From: a virus
DNA: 5,511 nucleotides
IMG/VR virus record: IMGVR_UViG_3300045988_049372
Coordinates: 1 to 5,511 of that record
Strand: one strand, 5' to 3'
Both the position numbers and the translations under genes were made by a program. Below, in pieces: positions 1 to 5,056 of the stretch (its first letter is position 1; each line of letters starts with the position of its first letter). The notes beneath the pieces are model-generated. The model did not search any database. It had not been told where the DNA came from and saw only the letters and a list, made by a program, of their open reading frames with translations.

Positions 1-398
1 GTCGCAGCATTTAAAAGCACGTCAGAATCTAACTTTTTTATAGTACCTTCACCAACACGCTGAGCAGTATCGGCCTGTTTTTGAGCAGCCTTAGCAGAAT
101 TGCCAGCAGCCTGCGAAGACATACCAGCAGTAACGCCTTCGCCTAAATTATACTGACTAGCAAGAGCAGAAGCACCATTTATAGAACCGCCAACACCTTG
201 CGTAGCAGCAAGCATAGGATTAAGTCCAGCCTTTTGCATATCTTCCATAGACCATTGATAACGATGCTGATAATTATACTGATTACGCTGATTAGCTACT
301 GTTGCAGCATGGCGGTCAGCAGAGTTAGAAAGAGCACCACCAATGATAGACGAAATGCCACCAGTAACAGCTCCAAGAGCAGAACCAAGAAATGACAT
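1..398 (-). CDS. VP2 minor capsid / DNA pilot protein, N-terminal part. The gene crosses the circular junction; its remainder is 5456..5057. Full gene is 798 nt, 265 aa.
   Basis: ATG at 398..396 on the minus strand is preceded by AAGGAG with a 9-nt spacer. Reverse-complement translation of 398..1 is an open frame with no stop: MSFLGSALGAVTGGISSIIGGALSNSADRHAATVANQRNQYNYQHRYQWSMEDMQKAGLNPMLAATQGVGG.... It is in frame with the track ORF 5057..5476 once position 1 is identified with 5457. Gly/Ala/Ser-rich N-terminus, the QRN..YN motifs and NPMLA are typical of gokushovirus VP2. It lies immediately downstream of VP1 after a 17-nt spacer. Confidence 0.6.
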   Translation of the reverse strand, partial: MSFLGSALGAVTGGISSIIGGALSNSADRHAATVANQRNQYNYQHRYQWSMEDMQKAGLNPMLAATQGVGGSINGASALASQYNLGEGVTAGMSSQAAGNSAKAAQKQADTAQRVGEGTIKKLDSDVLLNAA

Positions 399-415
399 GG
401 CAAATCACTCCTTTT

Positions 416-2074
416 TTAGAAATGACCCATCATACCGGGTATACCATACATAGGCATAGGACGGATACACTTTAAATTAAACTTGACATCGAGCAGGAAA
501 TGAGGATAGGACGGAACAGCGACTACACGACTAATAGGCGGGTGGTCTTGTATAAACTCATCAGAAAGCGTAGGCAGCGTAGCAAATTTTTGCGATAAAT
601 GCCAAATATCAAGAGGTTCCTTATAAGTGCTCCGAAATTGACCAGTAATCAAAGACGGCTTATAGCGGTATTCAGCATAGCGCTCTTGGTAGCCAAATAC
701 TTTTTTATCATCAGCATTTCCTTGGCAATAAATCTCGATATTTTCTATGGCTTGTTCACCTAAATGCGCGAAAGACGGCCAATAAAAATCGAGCACATCA
801 GAACGCAGCCACATTTTATTTACTCCTTGCTGATAAGTCAAATCAGCACGAACGTTGATTAAGCCGATAATATAACCAAATTCCGAAAAAGATTTTGTAA
901 AGGCATGATAACGCTGGGCATTCAGACCATAAGCAGCTAAATTACCTTGTGGGGTTGTAGAGTCGGTAGAGCTTGTCTGAGTAACCGGGTTAATATTCAT
1001 CATACTAGAATGCGAGCCAAGGAATTCAGGACGTTGCAAACGAGCATCCGGATTAGTTACGCCGAAGTGTGCTTGAAGTTTTTCAGTGTACCTGGTGCCG
1101 CCGCGAGCGTCAGTCTCATAATAGCGTTGCAACATAAAAGCTTGACGAAGTGAATTAATAGTAACAGCAGTAACGCCAGACAAATCAGCATAAATATTAG
1201 GCGGAGTGCTAGCAGTAATAGAACCGGAATCTGAAGCATTGCTCAATGAGATAGCGCGACCAGCAGGCGCATTTGCAGCAATAAAAACGCCTTTATCATG
1301 GACTGTACCCAAAGCATCAACCCATGAAACACTTTCAATAGGAGTACCGGATGAAACACCAATACCAGCAACAGGAGCGTTACCGTTTAAAGGCAAGTCA
1401 ACAGCCGGACCTTTCTGAGGCCAAGGAAGAGCACCGGTGAAATAGTCATATCTTTTTCCACGCGGAGCCGGGTCATACCAATTACTTACGCCGGACGGAA
1501 AGCCATAATTAGGATTAGCGGTAGATTGACCCATTGGTTCCAAGACTGTACTAGATTCGCCTTTGCTAACCTTAACAGATTTCTGTAAGTTCTCATCTCT
1601 AAACCACTCGTTCCAAATGAGCCAGTACGAGCGGAACGGCAAGCAGTTAACGGAAACATTCTTAAAAGTACCGGAAGCACACGCGATACCCATATAATCG
1701 GGAAGCTTATTAGTCATATCGCCGGTTAGAGAAACAGTAGGTACAAGATAGTCCGTAGAATCTTCGGGATTTTCTTGCTCACCGCACAAATTAACCCATT
1801 TATCATATACGAGCCTACTGGGAACGAAGAAAAAGAAAGACTCAATATAGATGTTATCCATGAAAGGAACTACCGGAGTAGCCAAGCGGCAAAACTCAAC
1901 CGGATTTAAAGTAAACGTATCGCCTGGGATAACCTCATCCACGAAATAGGGAATCAGCTGGCCTTCGTTAAAAGTTGTCTTGTAAACATGACTTCTATCG
2001 AAAACAGAACGGCGAATATTAGCCTGCGGAATCATCGCAAAATGCGATTGATTTACACGAATATTACGAGCCAT
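416..2074 (-). CDS. Major capsid protein VP1 (Microviridae F-protein family), 552 aa.
   Basis: Complete ORF. N-terminal region has the gokushovirus VP1 signature: HFAMIPQANIRRSVFDRSHVYKTTFNEGQLIPYFVDEVIPGDTF...TPVVPFMDNIYIESFFFFVPSRLVYDKW. Size is typical of VP1 with the large insertion loop. AAGGAG RBS at 2091..2086. Confidence 0.93.
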   Translation of the reverse strand: MARNIRVNQSHFAMIPQANIRRSVFDRSHVYKTTFNEGQLIPYFVDEVIPGDTFTLNPVEFCRLATPVVPFMDNIYIESFFFFVPSRLVYDKWVNLCGEQENPEDSTDYLVPTVSLTGDMTNKLPDYMGIACASGTFKNVSVNCLPFRSYWLIWNEWFRDENLQKSVKVSKGESSTVLEPMGQSTANPNYGFPSGVSNWYDPAPRGKRYDYFTGALPWPQKGPAVDLPLNGNAPVAGIGVSSGTPIESVSWVDALGTVHDKGVFIAANAPAGRAISLSNASDSGSITASTPPNIYADLSGVTAVTINSLRQAFMLQRYYETDARGGTRYTEKLQAHFGVTNPDARLQRPEFLGSHSSMMNINPVTQTSSTDSTTPQGNLAAYGLNAQRYHAFTKSFSEFGYIIGLINVRADLTYQQGVNKMWLRSDVLDFYWPSFAHLGEQAIENIEIYCQGNADDKKVFGYQERYAEYRYKPSLITGQFRSTYKEPLDIWHLSQKFATLPTLSDEFIQDHPPISRVVAVPSYPHFLLDVKFNLKCIRPMPMYGIPGMMGHF

Positions 2075-2199
2075 GATATTATTAACTCCTTAATTTTATT
2101 AAAAGACCAAAAAGCACGAGAACGGCATTTTTGTTATCAAATCAGAAGGTAATTAAAAATAAATAAAAGGCTTATTTTTGAAGGTTTTTTCTGATTTTG

Positions 2200-2247
2200 T
2201 GTCACCTTGATCAGTTACGATCAAGTAGGTAACTGATCAAGGTGACA
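2200..2247. repeat. Perfect 19-bp inverted repeat in the VP3-VP1 intergenic spacer, containing three GATC sites. Arms TGTCACCTTGATCAGTTAC (2200..2218) / GTAACTGATCAAGGTGACA (2229..2247), 10-nt loop GATCAAGTAG.
   Basis: Read directly from the sequence. The arms are exact reverse complements. Each arm also contains the self-palindrome TGATCA. GATC at 2208, 2219 and 2235. Confidence 0.9.
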
Positions 2248-2285
2248 GGGTTATTATTCTACATAAGTGAATATTAGCATATAAG

Positions 2286-2729
2286 TTATTTTTGCTCTAA
2301 TTTAGGCTCTCCTGCTACCGGAGTGACAGGTGCTACCGGAGTATCTACAATAGTCTTTGCTTTTAGGCCTAACTCCTCAAGTCTAGCAACAACCTTTTCG
2401 TCAGTAGATGTTAGAGCATCAAGCAGCATACGCGGGTCATTGCCAAATTCAGCGCGAACGCTGGAAGGCAAATCTGCAAACTCTGCGTTGACGTTAGCAA
2501 CGAGGTTGCAGGCCGTTTCATAGTCAGGCAGTAATGTAGTATCACCGTATTGCAGCGTAGCCGGGTCATGCGCTCCGACAGAATCAACAATGCCGGTAGT
2601 ATTAAAGTTAGCGATAATGTGATGAATGTCGCATTCTTCCGCGAAAGTTTGGTCAGCAAGCGAAGGCTGTGTAATTTCTACGTGCGGTTTTGGCGGTTGC
2701 TCATCATATAACGTAAAAAACTTAGCCAT
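2286..2729 (-). CDS. Putative internal scaffolding protein VP3 (gokushovirus VP3-like), 147 aa.
   Basis: Complete ORF with AAGGAG RBS 10 nt upstream of the ATG at 2729. Acidic protein, size typical of gokushovirus VP3. The motifs EECDIHHII, YGD and AEFADLPSSVRAEFGNDP resemble the conserved ECDINNII ... F..LP..R..F.NDP core of Chlamydia-phage-type scaffold proteins. This is from memory, not a search. Confidence 0.5.
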   Translation of the reverse strand: MAKFFTLYDEQPPKPHVEITQPSLADQTFAEECDIHHIIANFNTTGIVDSVGAHDPATLQYGDTTLLPDYETACNLVANVNAEFADLPSSVRAEFGNDPRMLLDALTSTDEKVVARLEELGLKAKTIVDTPVAPVTPVAGEPKLEQK

Positions 2730-2857
2730 GCGTAAAAATCTCCTTTCTCAACCTAACAAGGCGCGCAGGTCAGTTTTGCGTAAGGCTCAATTCTCGTCCG
2801 CGGTTGTTACGAAGATGTGAAGCGATTGTTCCAGCTGGCGAGCAGCAAAGCGCAATC

Positions 2858-2876
2858 ATACCGGCATAGCCGGTAT
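2858..2876. other. GC-rich stem-loop ATACCGGC-ATA-GCCGGTAT in the leader upstream of VP3: 8-bp stem, 3-nt loop.
   Basis: Exact inverted repeat read from the sequence. On the coding (minus) strand it is preceded by T6 and followed by GATTGCGC. No U-tract follows the stem, so it is not a canonical intrinsic terminator. Confidence 0.7.
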
Positions 2877-2915
2877 ATAAATACAAAAAAGACGCCTAAC
2901 ATTACGCTAGACGCC

Positions 2916-3278
2916 TTAATTGCGTTGTGATATTACAACTTGCCTTGTTAGTATTATACCACAACATTGGAAAGCGGGCAAGCGTACCTTATGAGTACAT
3001 TTTAGCAGTCTCGGGGGGGGAGGAGTCAATAGTTCCGTGGCGGTAGAAAGCAACAAAGTGGGAGATTGCGGGGAAAACACGCATGTTTTATCGTCAAACT
3101 CACCAAGATACATAAGCACAAAGTCCTCGTGATAATCATGGATAATGTTAGAACGCTCCGGAGTAGAGGGCTGATTAACCATGATTTGGAATTGACGAAT
3201 AGCCATAGCGTTATTCTGCTGAGTAAAAGGCGGATTCATTAACTCGCCTTTTCTGTCGTAAATACAATAAAGTTTCAT
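2916..3278 (-). CDS. Hypothetical protein, second gene of the accessory cassette. 120 aa as read; the C-terminal roughly 50 aa are low complexity and span a G8/C8 tract.
   Basis: ATG at 3278 overlaps the upstream stop (ATGA) and is preceded by GAGGTGA with a 7-nt spacer. The N-terminal 65 aa (MKLYCIYDRKGELMNPPFTQQNNAMAIRQFQIMVNQPSTPERSNIIHDYHEDFVLMYLGEFDDKTC) look like a genuine globular protein. The remainder (SPQSPTLLLSTATELLTPPPPRLLKC...) reads like translated non-coding DNA and contains a promoter-like element. Confidence 0.5.
   Translation of the reverse strand: MKLYCIYDRKGELMNPPFTQQNNAMAIRQFQIMVNQPSTPERSNIIHDYHEDFVLMYLGEFDDKTCVFSPQSPTLLLSTATELLTPPPPRLLKCTHKVRLPAFQCCGIILTRQVVISQRN
2953..2981 (-). 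promoter_or_regulatory. Candidate sigma70 promoter for the VP3-VP1-VP2 block: -35 TTGCCC (2981..2976), 17-nt spacer, extended -10 TGgTATAAT (2961..2953). Predicted TSS is near 2946.
   Basis: Minus-strand reading is TTGCCCgctttccaatgttgTGGTATAAT. The -10 is perfect, with an upstream TG and exact 17-nt spacing. It lies inside the low-complexity 3' end of the 120-aa ORF, about 220 nt upstream of the VP3 ATG. Confidence 0.5.
3013..3020. repeat. G8 homopolymer (C8 on the coding strand, encoding PPPP) inside the 120-aa ORF.
   Basis: Read directly. It is the only long G/C homopolymer in this roughly 42% GC genome. A -1 change gives stop after ...TPPRDC. A +1 change gives stop after ...PPPPETAKMYS. 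Confidence 0.8.
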
Positions 3279-3580
3279 TTTTTAATCACCTCAAAAGAAC
3301 CTTTTTTAAGACAAGCGATAAACTCTTGCTTGGCCAAATACGGGAGAACAAAATAAAAAGAGTCGAACAGAAGAACTTGATTTTGAGAAACTAATTTAGA
3401 TTGAGCACAAGGACGAAGATAAATACCGTTAGGCATTTTACGAATCCAGGCACGAGCAGCGGAATAAGACATAAAAAAAGGATAGTCGTCAAGATAGCTC
3501 AAAGCGTCTTCAAAGAAATCTTTATTAGATTGATTCCGAAGGTCTAAAGCAAAAAATTTATCAGCGTAGTTTTTTAACAT
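3275..3580 (-). CDS. Hypothetical protein, first gene of the accessory cassette, 101 aa. The track's 3637 start is revised to the ATG at 3580.
   Basis: The ATG at 3580..3578 is preceded by GAGGTGA 5 nt upstream. It sits about 19 nt downstream of the predicted TSS of a perfect consensus promoter. The track's upstream ATG at 3637 lies between the -35 and -10 hexamers, so it cannot be the start. Protein: MLKNYADKFFALDLRNQSNKDFFEDALSYLDDYPFFMSYSAARAWIRKMPNGIYLRPCAQSKLVSQNQVLLFDSFYFVLPYLAKQEFIACLKKGSFEVIKK. No recognisable family. Confidence 0.6.
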   Translation of the reverse strand: MLKNYADKFFALDLRNQSNKDFFEDALSYLDDYPFFMSYSAARAWIRKMPNGIYLRPCAQSKLVSQNQVLLFDSFYFVLPYLAKQEFIACLKKGSFEVIKK

Positions 3581-3605
3581 TACGCTCACCTCACTTTCTA
3601 TACAT

Positions 3606-3634
3606 ATTATACCATGAGGAAACGCAACTGTCAA
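3606..3634 (-). promoter_or_regulatory. Perfect consensus sigma70 promoter: TTGACA (3634..3629), 17-nt spacer, TATAAT (3611..3606).
   Basis: Minus-strand reading is TTGACAgttgcgtttcctcatggTATAAT. Both hexamers match consensus 6/6 with the optimal 17-nt spacer. It sits in the 80-nt spacer between the rep stop (3661) and the 101-aa gene, reading into that gene. Confidence 0.75.
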
Positions 3635-3660
3635 CAACTTTTTGCAACTTTTAGCAACTT
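3634..3660 (-). repeat. Three direct repeats A(2-5)GTTG(C/T) phased at 10-bp intervals (AGTTGC 3659..3654, AGTTGC 3649..3644, AGTTGT 3639..3634). They lie immediately upstream of, and overlap, the -35 hexamer.
   Basis: Minus strand reads AAGTTGCtAAAAGTTGCAAAAAGTTGTTGACA. Helical phasing together with A-tracts suggests an UP-element, an operator or iteron-like sites. Confidence 0.65.
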
Positions 3661-4605
3661 TTATAAACCTAAATTATCAAAATCACGCTCGAATTGCTCC
3701 TGCCGGTGCTTCAAAATCTTTTCCTTGGCTTCCAATCTTTTGCAATCAATAACAGCAGCCTTTGCATTATCGGCCTTATTTTGCTTGTATATACTATACC
3801 AAACGGGATTACTACGCTCAAATAATGTTTGATAGTAACGAGGTATCTTATACTTAGCTCCGTTGATTGTTACAAAGCCAAGTTTAAAAATATCCTCAGA
3901 GTAACGACCGAAATAGTCTGCTCCAATGCCTGGCTTAAGAGAGCTGCCAACAAACTCCGGACTAATACCAAGAGCATCATACATAAAGGCATTTTTACCG
4001 GTCTGCTTTTTGAGAGAGTATTTAGCGACATACCGGGCCGACTCAAATGTGATAGCTCCGACAATATTATAACCATAAGGCCAAAGCTTCTCCAGCGTAG
4101 GAGAACGAAAGAGATTATAGCCAGCTGCTAACGCCGATACCTTCCGGACATCAGCAGGAAACCAACCAAAGCACAAAATATGATAATGTGGACGGCGATT
4201 GAGATCGCCATACTCACCGCAACACAGAAAACGAATTTTAGAACTGTCATGATAATCTAAATAGCGACGCAACCTCTTAAAAAATAGTTGCAAATGTTCA
4301 CGATGCAGCGAGCAATCTGCTGGAAGGCAATCATCATTATAAGTTAGCGTGATGAAGCAGTTATGCAAATGTAATTTAGCTTCGTGAACACAACGAATAG
4401 CCCAATCATTAGCTTTATCAAGACGGCAGCCAAGGCATTGACCGCAAGGAACGACAACAGCATAATTATTAGCTAACTCACTTTTAGCTATTTCCAGAGA
4501 TTTCCCGGATAAATCGCGATAAGAAACAAAATTAGAAAGCTCAAATTTGCCGTTAGCATTTGGAACGGCAGAGCGTTTAGCAAACATAGGATTTAGGCAA
4601 GTCAT
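3661..4605 (-). CDS. Replication initiation protein VP4. Rolling-circle HUH endonuclease of superfamily I, Microviridae gene A / VP4 type.
   Basis: RCR motif I CFITLTY, motif II RPHYHILCFGW (HxH) and motif III ARYVAKYSLKK (paired catalytic tyrosines Y..KY). N-terminal CxxC..C cluster VVVPCGQCLGCRLD is typical of gokushovirus VP4. Start is set at the ATG at 4605 (MTCLNPMF..., matching the common M.CL.P VP4 N-terminus). The track's 4617 start is a GTG with no SD. Confidence 0.9.
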   Translation of the reverse strand: MTCLNPMFAKRSAVPNANGKFELSNFVSYRDLSGKSLEIAKSELANNYAVVVPCGQCLGCRLDKANDWAIRCVHEAKLHLHNCFITLTYNDDCLPADCSLHREHLQLFFKRLRRYLDYHDSSKIRFLCCGEYGDLNRRPHYHILCFGWFPADVRKVSALAAGYNLFRSPTLEKLWPYGYNIVGAITFESARYVAKYSLKKQTGKNAFMYDALGISPEFVGSSLKPGIGADYFGRYSEDIFKLGFVTINGAKYKIPRYYQTLFERSNPVWYSIYKQNKADNAKAAVIDCKRLEAKEKILKHRQEQFERDFDNLGL

Positions 4606-4623
4606 AATATCACACACTTTCTG

Positions 4624-4737
4624 TTACATGCGGATACCGCCGCGCATGTTGCGAGATTTAAGATTTTTGAGCCGTGGCACGGCATGGTTACGAAAGTTCC
4701 GGCGCGAAGCTCCGCGAGAAATTCTAGTTCTTTTCAT
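4624..4737 (-). CDS. Small arginine-rich DNA-binding protein, 37 aa. Gokushovirus ORF8-like; functional analogue of phiX174 J.
   Basis: It is below the 60-aa cut-off, so it is not in the ORF track. The ATG at 4737 is preceded by AAGGAG with an 8-nt spacer; the TAA stop is at 4626..4624. Protein: MKRTRISRGASRRNFRNHAVPRLKNLKSRNMRGGIRM. About 30% Arg/Lys. The C-terminal MRGGIR motif matches my recollection of the Chlamydia-phage ORF8 C-terminus (...IMRGGIRF). Confidence 0.65.
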   Translation of the reverse strand: MKRTRISRGASRRNFRNHAVPRLKNLKSRNMRGGIRM

Positions 4738-4775
4738 GACGTTTACTCCTTAAATAAATACCAAGGGTTAAAAGG

Positions 4776-5045
4776 TTAATTATTTTTTCCCAAAAAGCGG
4801 GAGTAACTTTTTTCTTCCGTCGCTGCTGCTGCCGCGTGGCGAAAGCCATTTACATCGTCGCTACCTCTTTTCTGCATATTAACAAGATCATCTTGCATAG
4901 CAAGCGAGATAGCTTTAAGGCTTGCGCTACCTTCACGATCGTATTTGCCAGTACGAAACATATCAATAAAATCAACAACCTCTTGAATGAAAGGAATAAC
5001 GGTAGATACGAGAAAAGTCAAAATAGCAGTAGTTTTGTTTGACAT
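4776..5045 (-). CDS. Hypothetical 89-aa protein with an N-terminal hydrophobic, putatively transmembrane helix. Candidate membrane or lysis protein.
   Basis: The ATG at 5045 is preceded by GAGGTGA with a 6-nt spacer; the VP2 stop TGA is embedded in this RBS. Residues 6-22 (TAILTFLVSTVIPFIQEVV) are hydrophobic, followed by a charged soluble tail. No family recognised. Confidence 0.55.
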   Translation of the reverse strand: MSNKTTAILTFLVSTVIPFIQEVVDFIDMFRTGKYDREGSASLKAISLAMQDDLVNMQKRGSDDVNGFRHAAAAATEEKSYSRFLGKNN

Positions 5046-5056
5046 AATTAATCACC

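Noticed and set aside
198-395. Plus-strand ORFs from the track (198..395, 947..1153, 1206..1418, 2323..2523, 2626..2820, 3614..3832, 3829..4131, 4547..4753, 4836..5042).
   Set aside because: All are antisense to well-supported minus-strand genes. Microviridae encode every gene on the viral strand. None has a convincing RBS, and the translations are low complexity.
1057-1680. Minus-strand ORFs nested in alternative frames of VP1, VP3, rep and VP2 (1057..1239, 1486..1680, 2411..2659, 3870..4076, 4972..5205).
   Set aside because: They are embedded out-of-frame in conserved genes. The translations are hydrophobic or low complexity, as expected from alternate frames of a coding sequence. No start signals.
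2200-2247. The 19-bp inverted repeat as a rho-independent terminator.
   Set aside because: On the coding strand the stem is followed by ACAAAATCAGAAAAAACC (A-rich). The U-tract is on the wrong side. An RNA-stability or ssDNA-origin role fits better.
2891-2915. Direct repeat GACGCC...GACGCC just downstream of the 120-aa ORF stop.
   Set aside because: Only 6 bp, with no inverted partner or phasing. Probably chance.
3581-3637. Track start codon at 3637 for the 101-aa gene (giving 120 aa).
   Set aside because: That ATG lies in the spacer between the -35 and -10 hexamers of the consensus promoter, so it would not be on the transcript. The ATG at 3580 with a GAGGTGA RBS is the functional start.
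3629-3660. CAACTT x3 on the window plus strand as a phiX174-like Rep nick site (CAACTTG core).
   Set aside because: The motif is on the complement of the coding (viral) strand, whereas Microviridae Rep nicks the viral strand. The resemblance is a 6-mer only. It is kept only as an iteron or operator hypothesis.
4606-4617. GTG start at 4617 for rep (track call, MCDIM...).
   Set aside because: No SD is present. The ATG four codons downstream gives the MTCLNP... N-terminus typical of VP4. The difference is only 4 aa and remains uncertain.
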